A stretch of 64,000 bases of DNA from Mobula hypostoma (GCF_963921235.1 NC_086108.1:40984001-41048000); one strand, 5' to 3'; positions 1-13,093 are shown, counted from the stretch's first letter. A program made the numbers and translations. The notes: a model not told the origin generated them from the sequence alone.

Positions 1-379
1 CGATTCCGATGATGGGAATGGTCATTGCTTGATGTATGTGTATAGTGGCTATTGCCCCTTTATCAGGCCGTGCCTCATGAAGGGGAAGCCCCAAAGTGCT
101 CCAATAGCAATAAACCACTTCTGTAGTTATACCTTCGTCAACCTGCCTACTGCAAGCAGTCAGTCCGTTTTATCAGTATCAGTTGCTGACTGACTCTCTT
201 CCCATGTATCAAAAAGCTCCCACTCTCTTCCTGAGCTAGAGCCACAGCATTTCTACACCTGAACACCCAGTCTTGGTACTTCCAGCTGCAAAAGGCTTCG
301 CCCCACAACTCACGTGAGATGCAGTGAAATGCCACAGAGTGGATTACCCTGAAACATTGTGGTTACCACTATGTGGATA

Positions 380-930
380 ACTATAGTGTCAATGTAGAAG
401 AGTGCACCAATATAAAAGAGCCAAAAAACATAATTAAGCTCCATTTGGTGAACATTCGGCGTGAAGATCTATCCTGGGGCGAACATGCTGATGTGGTTCC
501 CAAGGTGGGATGTCAGCAACCATATCTCATTAAGCGTTTAAGGACATTTGACATGTCAATAAAGACTCTTACAAATTTCTATAGCTGTACCACGGAGCGC
601 ATTCTAACTGTTTGTGTCACCGTCTGGTGGGGAAGGGCCACGGCACAGGATCAGAAGAAGCTGCAGGGGTTTCCAAGCTCTGTCAGGTCCAACATGGGTA
701 TTACCTTGCCCACTATCAACATTTTCAAAAGGCAAAACCTCAAAAAGGTGGCAGCCATCATTAAGAACCCCCATCACCCATGCTCTCTCCTTACTTCTAC
801 CATCAGTGGAGATACTGGAGCTGAAGAGACACACATTCAATGTTTTAGGAACAGCTTCTTCCCCTCCACCATCAGATTTCTGAATGGCCAATGAACTCAT
901 GAACTTTACCTCACTATTATTGGTCTCATT
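380..930 (+). mobile_element. Rex1/Babar-clade LINE, decayed 3' end; its 3' UTR continues at ~3153-3310 after the CR1 insertion
   Basis: ORF 373-894 has 'EDLSW..H...LTNFYSCTTERILTVCVTVW...FRNSFFPSTIRFLN', homologous to the C-terminus of the 6688-8556 RT ORF. Confidence 0.8.
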
Positions 931-931
931 T

Positions 932-3152
932 TAGAACATAGAACATAGAAAAGTACAGCACAGTACAGGCCCTTCGGCCCACAATGTTGTGCCGACCCTC
1001 AAACCCTGCCTCCCATGTAAGCCCCCACCTTAAATTCCTCCATATACCTGTCTAGTAGTCTCTTAAATTTCACTAGTGTATCTGCCTCCACCACTGACTC
1101 AGGCAGTGCATTTTACTCTCTGAGTAAAAAACCTTCCTCTAATATCTCCTTTGAACTTCCCACCCCTTACCTTAAAACCATGTCCTCTTGTATTGAGCAG
1201 CGGTGCCCTGGGGAAGAGGCACTGGCTATCTACTCTATCTATTCCTCTTATTATCTTGTACACCTCTATCATGTCTCCTCTCATCCTTCTTCTCTCCAAA
1301 GAGTAAGGCCCTAGCTCCCTTAATCTCTGATCATAATGCATATTTTCTAAACCAGGCAGCATTCTGGTAAATTTCCTCTGGACCCTTTCCAATGCTTCCA
1401 CATCCTTCATATAGTGAGGCGACCAGAACTAGACACAGTACTCCAAGTGTGGCCTAACCACAGTTTTATAGAGCTGCATCATTACATCGCAACTCTTAAA
1501 CTCTATCCCTCGACTTATGAAAGCTAACACCCCATAAGCTTTCTTAACTACCCTATCCACCTGTGAGGCAACTTTCAGGGATCTGTGGACATGTACCCCC
1601 AGATCCCTCTGCTCCTCCACACTACCAAGTATCCTGCCATTTACTTTGTACTCTGCCTTGGAGTTTGTCCTTCCAAAGTATACCACCTCACACTTCTCCA
1701 GGTTGAACTACATCTGCCACTTCTCAGCCCACTTCTGCATCCTATCAATGTCTCTCTGCAATCTTTGACAATCCTATACACTATCTACAACACCACCAAC
1801 CCTTGTGTCGTCTGCAAACTTGCCAACCCACCCTTCTACCCCCACATCCAGGTCGTTAATAAAAATCACGAAAAGTAGAGGTCCCAGAACAGATCCTTGT
1901 GGGACACCACTAGTCACAATCCTCCAATCTGAATGTACTCCCTCCACCACTACCCTCTGCCTTCTTCAGGCAAGCCAATTCTGAATCCACCTGGCCAAAC
2001 CTCCCTGGATCCCATGCCTTCTGACTTTCTGAATAAGCCTACCTTGTGGAACCTTGTCAAATGCTTTACAAAAATCCATATAGATCACATCCACTGCACT
2101 ACCTTCATCTATATGCCTGGTCACCTCCTCAAAGAACTCTATCAGGCTTGTTAGACACGATCTGCCCTTCACAAAGCCATGCTGACTGTCCCTGATCAGA
2201 CCACGATTCTCTAAATGCCCAGAGATCCTATCTCAAAGAATCTTTTCCAACAGCTTTCCCACCACAGACGTAAGGCTCACTGGTCTATAATTACCCGGAC
2301 TATCCCTACTACCTTTTTTGAAAAAGGGGACAACATTCGCCTCCCTCCAATCCTCCAGTACCATTCCCGTGGACAACGAGGACATAAAGATCCTGGCCAG
2401 AGGCTCAGCAATCTCTTCCCTTGCCTCGTGGAGCAGCCTGGGGAATATTCCGTCAGGCCCCAGGGACTTATCCATCCTAATGTATTTTAACAACTCCAAC
2501 ACCTCCTCTCCCTTAATATCAACATGCTCCAGAACATCAACCTCACTCATATTGTCCTCACCATCATCAAGTTCCCTCTCATTGGTGAATACCGAAGAGA
2601 AGTATTCATTGAGGACCTCGCTTACTTCCACTGCCTCCATGCACATCTTCCCACCTTTATCTCTAATCGGTCCTACCTTCACTCCTGTCGTCCTTTTTTC
2701 CTTCACATAATTGAAGAATGCCTTGGGGTTTTCCTTTACCCTACTCGCCAAGGCCTTCTCATGCCCCCTTCTTGCTCTTCTCAGCCTCTTCTTAAGCTCC
2801 TTTCTTGCTTCCCTATATTCCTCAATAGACCCATCTGATCCTTGCTTCCTAAACCTCATGTATGCTGCCTGTTCCACCTGACTAGATTTTCCACCTCACT
2901 TGTCACCCATGGTTCCTTCACCCTACCATTCTTTACCTTCCTTCCCGGGACAAATTTATCCCTAACATCCTGCAAGAGATCTCTAAACATCGACCACATG
3001 TCCATAGTATATTTCCCTTCAAAAACATCATCCCAATTCACACCCGCAAGTTCTAGCCTTATAGCCTCATAATTTGCCCTTCCCCAATAAAAAATTTTCC
3101 TGTCCTCTCTGATTCTATCCTTTTCCATGATAATTCTAAAGGCCAGGGAGCG
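932..3152 (-). mobile_element. CR1 LINE, 5'-truncated, young, ORF2 broken by stops and frameshifts
   Basis: ORF pieces 'PGNYRPVSLTSVVGKLLEKIL', 'KGRSCLTSLIEFFE..YMDFCKAFDKVP', 'RPHLEYCV'; (AGAACAT)n tail at 932-950. Confidence 0.95.
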
Positions 3153-3916
3153 CTACTTATATTTTGCACTACCTATATAATTTAATATATATAATGTATG
3201 TACATTTCTTATTGTAATTTATACTTCTAATGTATTGCACTGTAATGTTGCTGCAAAATAACAAAATTTATGACATGTGTCAGTGATAACTAACTTGATT
3301 CTAATTGTGAGTCCTGACTCAGGCTAGAACAGCTAATTATGTACAGTGTTACCAAGGATCAGACCAACGAAGTCAGGGAGCATTGTAGACTCTTCGCTGA
3401 TCAGGTTCCTCAAAGAAAAATACATAAAACAGCGACATATCATATTTCCCCCATTAACAAGAGCCCACTAATAGGAATGATTAATTAGGCAAGACTTTCA
3501 ATATTTTTTCTCTCTGTGTAAACATTATTCTGGTTTTGTAAATGAAACAAGCCTCACTTAGAAGTTATTTAAAGCACAACTCCCACAGCTCAATCCTCCC
3601 TCCACCACACTACACCCACCTCCTCCACCGCCCCCACCCCCAGAACAATCTCAGGTGGGAGTTTGCTTTGGAGAGGTGCAAATACCAACAGCCTTTCATT
3701 TATATGAACCAGACATGCAAAGCCCACAATCTAGTTTGGCTAAAATTTTTGAAATGGATTTTCTGTCTGGTTTCCATAGTGACACTAAATGCACTAAGTA
3801 TTAATTTGGGCTGATCTCACAGTACTGATCTAGTTTTGGTGTCTGTTGGTATTTGTCACTTTAAGAGACTGAACAAAATCTGAAGAAATTGAGCAAAACA
3901 AGTATAAGGAGAAGGA

Positions 3917-4031
3917 ACAAGAGAAAATCTGTAGATGCTAGAAGTCCAGGGGCTTGGCCCGAATCGTCGACTGTCCTCTTTTTCATAGATGCTGCCTGGT
4001 CTGCCGAGTTCCTCCAGCATTTTGTGTTTGT
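3917..4031. repeat. Penelope pLTR-derived short repeat (inverted piece joined to a forward piece)
   Basis: 'ggcccgaatcgtcgactg...gatgctgcctggtctgccgagttcctccagcattttgtgt' matches the tail of the Penelope at 14640-14738 and copies at 26604 and 40415. Confidence 0.7.
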
Positions 4032-5139
4032 TATAAGGAAAATGAAGTTAATTTTGAGCTGAACTGAACTCGACAAGAGCTGATGATTCTCTCGCAACTG
4101 GTCACACCTCAGTAAAAGCCCCTAGATTTTCAGAAAAGCCAGAGCAGTTCAATGATGTCCTCCAGAAAAAAGGTTGAACCTTCTTCACTTCAATTGGTGA
4201 CTCTATATGTGACTGCTGTCATTAACAATCAAGTTTATTCATGAGGGCAGACATACATTATCACCGGCTAGGGTGATATTTCAAACACCATCAGTTACTA
4301 TCTTGTACTTTTTTCACTAAAGGCAAAATAGAAAAAGACATGGGTAATATTGCTGTGAGTTTTGAGTAGGAGGCTCCAGTAGTGGGTAAGGAACCACAGA
4401 TTCCATTATGTGTCTGTGATGTATGGGAACCATAGTTTTATAACAAATAACATCATGCCAATTTGTCCCTTCTGGCTGGCACAGCAGCTTCCTATATTCC
4501 CTACAATTTAAACTAAGTATGGATCACTCTCACTGAGCAGGGTGGCAGCTCATGGCATCAATCATGCCATCAATCACTGTACAAAACTAACTTGATCCCA
4601 TGCTCTCATCTTGGAGCTCAGCCCTCCAGCTTACCCACTTCATTCAGTTCACAGAGCAGAGCAACCTTGTAGCAGATTTTTCCGGATACCACAGGGCCCT
4701 TCTTAAAGGGATCATCAAGCAAAGGTTCAGAAATATTTCATGGCAGGAGGCAAAGCAAAGCCGCCCTGTGTTCTCTATAGTCTTTCTGCGACTCGAGGAA
4801 AGTGTGCAAGAGTGTCATCAAGTACATGGGGATTTGGTATGAAGTGTTGGTAGAGATTATTGACAAGGAGAGGAAGGGATGTGATACTTTGAGCAGCTTA
4901 TAGGCAAGAACAATACATGATATATTCACTGATATTGACTACTTTTGAGTGCTTCTTGAATTTCTCATAACGTCTCATCAAGATCCTGGGCTCTTGGCTC
5001 CAGCCACTGACCACTGCAACTATCTGCTCCCACTAACCATAGAAACTTGTCTAAAAAAATCTCCTCCCTTCATCTCCCTCACCGAGGCCATAAGTGTAGT
5101 GCACAAAACCTTGGAACCCATTCTGCCGGGTGCCCTTGT

Positions 5140-5483
5140 TTAACGAAGCAACGCCAATGCTCTAACCATGTTAGTAACTTTCCTGTAATACCATGGGTTC
5201 TTAACTTGGTAAGCAGCCTCATGTGTGGCACCTTGTCAAAGGCCTTCTGAAAGTTCAAATATACAACATCCACTGCATCTCCTTTATCTATCCTACTTGT
5301 AATCTGCTCAAAGAATTCCAACAGGTTCGTCAGGCAGGATTTTCCTCGAAGGAAACCATGCTGACTTTGTACTATTTTGTCCTGTGTCACCAAGTACTCC
5401 ATCATCTCATCCTTAACAATTGACTCTAACATCTTCCCAGCCACTGAAGCTAGGCTATCTGGTCTATAATTTCCTTTCTGCTG
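5140..5483 (-). mobile_element. CR1 RT fragment
   Basis: 'SQHGFLRGKSCLTNLLEFFE...YLNFQKAFDKVPH'. Confidence 0.9.
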
Positions 5484-5774
5484 ATCATGCTGATACTACC
5501 CAACCCCTACCCTGAATGACTCCAGCCTTCCTTTCCAGAGGAATGTATCAATCAACAGTACACTTAGAACTGGTTGTATGCAGCATTATTCAAAAGAGCA
5601 GGTAAACAGAACATTGAACAGTAGAGCACTGTACAGGCCCTTTGGCCCATCATGTCGTGCTGACCATTAAACCTGCTCTGAGATCAATCTAACCCTTTCC
5701 TCCTACATGGTCCTCCATGTTTCTATCATCCTAGGTATTCCTTAAAAGTCCCTCATGTATTTTGCAAAAGTCAC

Positions 5775-5904
5775 GTGAAACACCTGGTTACCTCGGCTGC
5801 GTGAGTCTACGGAAGACAACCTCTAGCCCTGCCAAAATAGTGAAACACCTGGTTTCCTCGGCTGCGTAAGTCTACGGAAGACAACCTCTAGCCCCGCCAA
5901 AATA
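5775..5904. repeat. 65-bp tandem duplication (2 copies) at the LTR end
   Basis: gtgaaacacctggtt..cctcggctgcgt.agtctacggaagacaacctctagccc.gccaaaata occurs at 5775 and 5840. Confidence 0.9.
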
Positions 5905-6441
5905 GTGAGATTCAGGCACCCTCCCACCTCAAAGCCCCAGTCTGTGTGACTGCTGTGTAATTTGCCACCGTGTTACAAATTGGTGCTACGAAAAAACAGA
6001 CAGATACAATTACAATTAAAGGAATTATGTATATGAATCTTAACTAAAGGATTAGTAAAGAATAACAAAAAGAAAAGGGCCCATTCTAATTAAACAGTCA
6101 AATGTACTCAAGTTGGAGCTCATCTTGTGCACATCTTGGGCCCACATCAGTGTGAATGCCCACACTACTGCTCACAATCCATCTCTAACTAACGGATCTC
6201 CCACTGGATCGTATGCTACTTCTGGTTCTCCCTAGCATCTTCTCTCTTCATCTCCCACCGAACACAAAAAAAACCCAAGCCGAACCTTATTGTCCCTCAC
6301 CAAAAAAGCCTCCTGTTAAGTGGATGGCACACATTCCACATCATCCCTTATCTACAACAGTAACCCAAATAAGCTGGTCTTACAGAACTGCCGAAATGAA
6401 ATACATACAGCATAGCAGTAAAAATATGAACCAGGGCATTA

Positions 6442-8839
6442 TACTTTATACTTTATTGTCGCCAAACTATTGATACTAGAACATTCAATCATCACAGCGA
6501 TATTTGATTCTGCACTTTCTGCTCCCTAGATTACAAATATTAAATATTAAAAATAGTAAAAATTAGTCAATATTAAAAATTTAAATTATAAATCATAAAT
6601 AGAAAATAGAAAAATGGAAAGTAAGGTTAGTGCAAAAAAAACCGGGAGGCAGGTCTGGATATTTGGAGGGTACGGCCCAGATCTGGGTCAGGATCCGTTC
6701 AGCAGTCTTATCACAGTTGGAAAGAAGCTGTTCCCAAATCTGGCTGTACAAGTCTTCAAGCTCCTGAGCCTTCTCCCAGAGGGAAGAAGGACGAAAAATC
6801 TGTTGGCTGGGTGGGTCGTGTCCTTGATTATCCTGGCAGCACTGCTCCGACAGCATATGGTGTAAACTGAGTCCAAGGACGGAAGATTGGTTTGTGTGAT
6901 GTGCTGCGCCGTGTTCATGATCTTCTGCAGCTTCTTTCGGTCTTGGACGGGACAACTTCCATACCAGGTTGTGATGCACCCTAGAAGAATGCTTTCTACG
7001 GTGCATCTATAAAAATTAGTGAGGGTTTTAGGGGACAGGCCAAATTTCTTTAGTTTTCTCAGGAAGTAAAGGCGCTGGTGGGCCTTCTTGGCAGTGAACT
7101 CTGTTTGGTTGGACCGAGTCAAGTCATTTGAGATATTGACCCCGAGGAACTTAAAGCTTTTAACCTGTTCCACTTGTGCACCACCGATGTAAACTGGGTC
7201 GTGCGGTCCACTACTCCTTCTGAAGTCAACAATCAATTCCTTCGTCTTGCTGACGTTGAGGGATAGGTTATTGTCTTTGCACCATGCCACTAGGTTCTTA
7301 ATTTCCTCTCTGTACTCAAACTCATCATTACCCGAGATACGACCTACAATTGTTGTGTCATCAGCAAACTTATATATTGAGTTTGATGGAAACTTGGCTA
7401 CACAATCATGGGCGTACAGTGAGTACAGCAGGGGGCTGAGTACACAGCCTTGTGGGGCACCGGTGCTCAGAGTGATTGTAGAGGAGAGCTTGTGCCCTAT
7501 TTTTACAGCCTGGGTCCTGTCTGTGAGGAAGTTGAAGATCCAGCTGCAGATCTGAGTGCTAAGGCCCAGGTTTCGGAGCTTAGGATTCAGTTTATTTGGA
7601 ATGATGGTATTGAAGGCAGAGCTGTAGTCAATGAAAAGGAGCCTTACATATGCGTCTTTATTCTCCAGGTGTTCTAAATAGGAATGTAGGGCCAGAGAGA
7701 TGGTATCTGCCGTTGACCTGTTGCTCCGGTAGGCGAATTGCAAAGCATAGAGGTTGACCGGTAGGCTGTGGTTGATGTGTGCAATAACCAATCTCTCGAA
7801 GCACTGCATAGCAATTGATGTCAGAGCCTCAGGTCGATAGTCATTCAGGCATGCCACCTTGCTCTTCTTCAGCACTGGGATTATCGTTGCCTTCTTAAAA
7901 CACGAGGGGATCTTAGACTGAAGCAAGAAGCAGCTGAAGATGTCAGCGAACACTCCAGCTAGCTCGCTTGCACAAGCCCGGAGAACCTGTCCCAGGACAC
8001 CATCTGGGCCTGTCGCCTTCCTTGGATTTATCTTCAGGAAGGCTCTTCTAACGTCCTCCTCGGTGATGATGAATCTCAATGCCACCAGGTCCGATTCATC
8101 CGGAGGGAGCGGGACGCTCCTCTTCTGTTCGTATCTTGCGTAGAATACGTTTAGTTCATCAGGAAGAGAAGCGCCACAGTTATTGATATTCCCAGCCTTT
8201 TCTTTGCGTCCACTGATCTCATTTAGACCCTGCCATAGTCTACTAGCATCCCTCTGGTTAGCCTGAGCTTCCAACTTGGCTCGATATTTCCTCTTGGCAC
8301 CCTTAATGGCTTTCTGGAGTTCACGCCTGGATTCCATGTAGCGACTGGTATCCCCAGACCTAAAAGCCGCAGCTCTAGCCTTTAAAAGGGACTTGACCTC
8401 ATAATTCATCCAAGGTTTCCGGTTAGGAGACACACGGTCCTCCGTGCATTTCCAAATAAAGTCCGTGACAGCTGAGGCATACTCATCGAGGTTAGCTGCC
8501 GAGTCCTTGAATACTAACCAGTCCACCGATTCAAAGCAGGTCATGGAGGACCTCATTCGTTTCCTCTGTCCAACGCGACACTACTTTTGACACCGTGACC
8601 TCCCGCTTCAATTTCTGTTTGTAAGCCGGGAGGTAGAGTACGGCCTGATGGATGGATTTTCCAAAGTGAGGTCGTGGAATGGAACGGTAGGCATCCTTGA
8701 CTGCAGTGTAGCAGTGGTCAGGTATATTCGGGCCTCTAGTCGGGCAGAAGACATGTTGGTATAACTTTGGCAGCGCCTTTCTGAGGTTGGCCTGGTTAAA
8801 GTCTCTGGCTGTAATGAGCAAAGCCTCCGGATACTTGAT
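6442..8839 (-). mobile_element. Rex1/Babar-clade LINE, truncated within the APE domain, young
   Basis: APE remnant 8531-8842 ('DFNQANL..PTRG..DHCYT..PHFGKS.H'); RT ORF; (TAAAGTA)n-like tail; CATTA TSD at 6437-6441 and 8840-8844. Confidence 0.92.
6688..8556 (-). CDS. Rex1-type reverse transcriptase ORF (622 aa, open; N-terminus frameshifted off the APE part)
   Basis: Motifs 'NDYRPEALTS', 'QFAYR', 'LLFIDYSSAFNTI', 'GAPQGCVLSPLLY', 'KFADDTT', 'FKFLGV'. Confidence 0.9.
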   Translation of the reverse strand: MRSSMTCFESVDWLVFKDSAANLDEYASAVTDFIWKCTEDRVSPNRKPWMNYEVKSLLKARAAAFRSGDTSRYMESRRELQKAIKGAKRKYRAKLEAQANQRDASRLWQGLNEISGRKEKAGNINNCGASLPDELNVFYARYEQKRSVPLPPDESDLVALRFIITEEDVRRAFLKINPRKATGPDGVLGQVLRACASELAGVFADIFSCFLLQSKIPSCFKKATIIPVLKKSKVACLNDYRPEALTSIAMQCFERLVIAHINHSLPVNLYALQFAYRSNRSTADTISLALHSYLEHLENKDAYVRLLFIDYSSAFNTIIPNKLNPKLRNLGLSTQICSWIFNFLTDRTQAVKIGHKLSSTITLSTGAPQGCVLSPLLYSLYAHDCVAKFPSNSIYKFADDTTIVGRISGNDEFEYREEIKNLVAWCKDNNLSLNVSKTKELIVDFRRSSGPHDPVYIGGAQVEQVKSFKFLGVNISNDLTRSNQTEFTAKKAHQRLYFLRKLKKFGLSPKTLTNFYRCTVESILLGCITTWYGSCPVQDRKKLQKIMNTAQHITQTNLPSLDSVYTICCRSSAARIIKDTTHPANRFFVLLPSGRRLRSLKTCTARFGNSFFPTVIRLLNGS

Positions 8840-8945
8840 CATTACACATGCAAATTATGAGGTTGCTCACAATTTGCAATAATCTTGCAAAAGACAAATA
8901 CAGTGTTTACAGGTTTGTCACAGTCCTTTCATCCAGTGTTGAGGT

Positions 8946-10950
8946 GGGGTGAAGGAACCATGGGTGACAAGTGAGGTGGAAAATCTAGTCGGGTGGAAGA
9001 AGGCAGCGTACATGAGGTTTAGGAAGCAAGGATCAGATGGGTCTATTAAGGAATATAGGGAAGCAAGAAAGGAGCTTAAGAAGGGGCTGAGAAGAGCAAG
9101 AAGGGGGCATGAGAAGGCCTTCGCGAGTAGGGTAAAGGAAAACCCCAAGGCATTTTTCAATTATGTGAAGGAAAAAAGGATGACAGGAGTGAAGGTAGGA
9201 CCGATTAGAGATAAAGGTGGGAAGATGTGCATGGAGGCAGTGGAAGTAAGCGAGGTCCTCAATGAATACTTCTCTTCGGTATTCACCAATGAGAGGGAAC
9301 TTGATGATGGTGAGGACAATATGAGTGAGGTTGATGTTCTGGAGCATGTTGATATTAAGGGAGAGAAAGTGTTGGAGTTGTTAAAATACATTAGGACGAA
9401 TAAATCCCCGGGGCCTGACGGAATATTCCCCAGGCTGCTCCACAAGGCGAGGGAAGAGGTTACTGAGCCTCTGGTTAGGATCTTTATGTCCTCGTTGTCC
9501 ACGGGAATGGTACCAGAGGATTGGAAGGAGGCGAACGTTGTCCCCTTGTTCAAAAAAGGTAGTAGGGATAGCCCGGGTAATTATAGACCAGTGAGCCTTA
9601 CGTCTGTGGTGGGAAAGCTGTTGGAGAAGATTCTTAGAGATAGGACCTCTAGGCATTTAGAGAATCATGGTCTGATCAGGGACAGTCAGCATGGCTTTGT
9701 GAAGGGCAGATCATGTCTAACAAGCCTGATAGAGTTCTTTGAGGAGGTGACCAGGCATATAGATGAGGGTAGTGCGATGGATGTGATCTATATGGATTTT
9801 AGTAAGGCATTTGACAAGGTTCCACACTGTAGGCTTATTCAGAAGGTCAGAAGGCATGGGATCCAGGGAAGTTTGGCCAGGTGGATTCAGAATTGGCTTG
9901 CCTGAAGAAGGCAGAGGGTAGTGGTGGAGGGAGTACATTCAGATTGGAGGATTGTGACTAGTGGTGTCCCACAAGGATCTGTTCTGGGACCTCTACTTTC
10001 TGTGATTTTTATTAATGACCTGGATGTGGGGGTAGAAGGGTGGGTTGGCAAGTTTGCAGATGACACAAGGGTTGGTGGTGTTGTAGATAGTGTAGAGGAT
10101 TGTCAAAGATTGCAGAGAGACATTGATAGGATGCAGAAGTGGGCTGAGAAGTGGCAGATGGAGTTCAACCCGGAGAAGTGTGAGGTGGTACACTTTGAAA
10201 GGACAAACTCCAAGGCAGAGTACAAAGTAAATGGCAGGATACTTGGTAGTGTGGAGGAGCAGAGATATCTGGGGGTACATGTCCACAGATCCCTGAAAGT
10301 TGCCTCACAGGTGGATAGGGTAGTTAAGAAAGCTTATGGGGTGTTAGCTTTCATAAGTCGAGGGATAGAGTTTAAGAGTTGCGATGTAATGATGCAGCTC
10401 TATAAAACTGTGGTTAGGCCACACTTGGAGTACTGTGTCCAGTTCTGGTCACCTCACTATATGAAGGATGTGGAAGCATTGGAAAGGGTACAGAGGAGAT
10501 TTACCAGGATGCTGCCTGGTTTAGAGAGTATGTATTATGATCAGAGATTAAGGGAGCTAGGGCTTTACTCTTTGGAAAGAAGGAGGATGAGAGGAGACAT
10601 GATAGAGGTGTACAAGATAATAAGAGGAATAGATAGAGTGGATAGCCAGCGCCTCTTCCCCAGGCACCGCTGCTCAATACAAGAGGACATGGCTTTAAGG
10701 TAAGGGGTGGGAAGTTCAAGGGGGATATTAGAGGAAGGTTGTTTACTCAGAGAGTGGTTGGTGTGTGGAATGCACTGCCTGAGTCAGTGGTGGAGGCAGA
10801 TACACTAGTGAAATTTGAGAGACTACTAGACAGGTATATGGAGGAATTTAAGGTGGGGGCTTACATGGGAGGCAGGGTTTGAGGGTCGGCACAACATCGT
10901 GGGCCGAAGGGCCTGTACTGTGCTGTACTATTCTATGTTCTATGTTCTAT
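8946..10950 (+). mobile_element. CR1 LINE, 5'-truncated, nearly intact ORF2 RT (one TGA at ~9903, one frameshift at ~10662)
   Basis: ORFs 8949-9905 and 9921-10703 in the same frame with '[12 protein letters not shown]', 'KFADDT'; (TTCTATG)n tail. Confidence 0.95.
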
Positions 10951-11973
10951 AACAGAAACTAACCTCCACTGAATCCTCAGTCTGGAGGGATTGTGGGGGT
11001 AGGCCCTGTCTTTTGGTGGAGTTACTCAGTTCATTTCAGGGTGAAGGGAGACTGTTAAACATGATAGTTTGAAGCCACAGTGAAATCTTTTTATCTTATA
11101 TTGGGTTGAGGGATGAGGAGAAGTGGATTCTGAGGATGATTTGATATGAGCTCTAATTCTTCATCATAGTTCATTGCAGTGGACTGCAGTAAGAAGTAAA
11201 CTCAAGTGACTGAGCCAGTTACGTACTGTACGTTCATTCAGCTGGAAGCTGTACTTCATGTTTTACCACATTTTTTTATCTTATGCTAAAATGATTTCTC
11301 TGGTGAGCGTACAAATGATGATTAAATCCATCCTTGATTTGGTGATGAGTAACAAATAAACTCCAGGCATTAAAGAAGAGACGGGAGAGTGTTAATCAAA
11401 CTGTTTTCACCTCTATTGGAGGAGATAGAAATTCTTCAGTCGCACATTGAATTGTTGATGATGCCTGGCATATTTTCTGAATATGTAATGCGTTTCTCCT
11501 CATTTTAATAAATTCAGCATCATGGATGAGTATACATTGAAATATCTCTTCCTTTGGGATTCATCAGGATATTGCTGAGCATGATATTGCAGATTCACAG
11601 CAAAAAACACAAGGCAATCATCTTATTGCTAATCTGAAGAGGTTTCATTTAAGAAGTCATCGGGACATCACACTGGTATAATTACAGAGCACAGAGAAGT
11701 GTGGTACAGTAAGCAACTGCAAATTTAAGCAATGTTTTGTGTTGAGAACTCCACTGATGATTTCTGCTTGATCTGCACAATTTTCGGTCAACTAGCATTA
11801 AAATCCTCCCAATGCCTGGCATGTGAGGCTTAATTTAGTGACCACAGATAAAAAAAAATATTAAATTGTGCAGAAAGCTATTCATAAATGTCATTTGAGA
11901 ACTCCAGCAAAGTGCTCCTGGCTCTCTAGAGGGGAGAGGGGGTGTAGAATATTGATAGCAGATTGTCTTATCT

Positions 11974-11987
11974 GTTGCCATAGCAAT
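11974..11987. promoter_or_regulatory. RFX X-box-like motif
   Basis: GTTGCCATAGCAAT, close to the X-box palindrome GTTGCCATGGCAAC, in repeat-free DNA; motif match only. Confidence 0.3.
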
Positions 11988-12735
11988 GGTGTCTGTGTGA
12001 CACATTCACTGTAACATTATAAAATCAAAGATAACATATGAACCCAGCATGATTTCTATAATAGTATTTTAAAAGTAATTTTTTTCTATTGAAGCTATGA
12101 AATGGAATAATACGAATTATGGGTGACTGGAAGGCAGTAATCTCATTGAAACAGTTGAATTAAAGTAACATCTCAGAAGAGCAAAGCTTGAAGGATTTAT
12201 AACAGACGTCTGTAGTCCACTCCATGTTAAATTACAAACCTGAGACCACTTCAGCAAAATATATAAATACATTTATGTATAATGTGATACATTGTGTTTT
12301 GGAATTTGTGATTTATTTAATGCTTGTATTCATTACTTCCCACTGTTTTGTCTTTGCTGAAATTGGCTGCAAATGCCTGAGGGGATGTCAGCAATGCATG
12401 ACAGCAGATGCATTGATAATCATGACATAATCAATACAAAAATAACTAGTAGTTATGTATAACGTACATAATATATGTGTTACATCATGGGAGATTTCTG
12501 TAATCACCAAAATTCATTTTCATTAAAGATTTCAGTGGTCTTGCACGTTTTTGCTGCTACATAAATGAAAGGTGATGATCTCATAGAAATGACCTTCTGT
12601 GCGACACTGTTGACAGGTGGTGAAATATTATGTGTTCTTTCTTCTGAGGAGCTGAGTCTTCCAAATTTGCACTCTGTGTAATCCAATCTCCTCATAGTTC
12701 AGGAAGCTGTCCAGATCTCTCAGCCTGGTACTTAC

Positions 12736-12793
12736 CCTTTGGAAGTTACTATTGAATCTGCTTCCACCACTTTCTTCTGATCTATAAAACATT
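12736..12793 (-). other. Candidate 58-nt internal exon of an unidentified host transcript
   Basis: Acceptor tttcttaaacctgctcactctctacag and donor GG|gtaagt; two open frames (CFIDQKKVVEADSIVTSK or MFYRSEESGGSRFNSNFQR). Confidence 0.35.
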
Positions 12794-13093
12794 CTGTAGA
12801 GAGTGAGCAGGTTTAAGAAAGCATTTGTGGCGTTCATTGTCGCTCAGGGGCTGCTTTGGAAAATTTTAGAAGTATAAGTACCTGTGCCATTCAGAATGTG
12901 CAGGATGAGCTCTCCTTTGTCTTGTCCTGGCTTTCAGACGTGGGTTGCAACACTGCTGGGAAATGCCAATGGGAAACTTGGTGTTTGGTCAAACAAAAGG
13001 TCCACTTCATTTCTCCAACTATGTTGACATACAAACTATGGAAGTAAATCATAATTCACAACAATAATTCATATATCAGAAACATTAATATCC

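Larger units (their letters stand above)
5776..8846. mobile_element. Solo LTR (5776-6441 + 8845-8846), split by the Rex1 insertion
   Basis: Starts TGAAACACCTGGTT; reconstructed end AACCAGGGCATTACA (imperfect inverted termini); flanks CACG (5772-5775) and CATG (8847-8850) fit a CpG-decayed 4-bp TSD. Confidence 0.65.

Noticed and set aside
1585..3072. Numerous 60-130 aa ORFs repeated elsewhere (e.g. 9033-10286) as a gene family
   Set aside because: Antisense or alternate-frame shadows of CR1 ORF2; they recur only because the LINE copies are near-identical.
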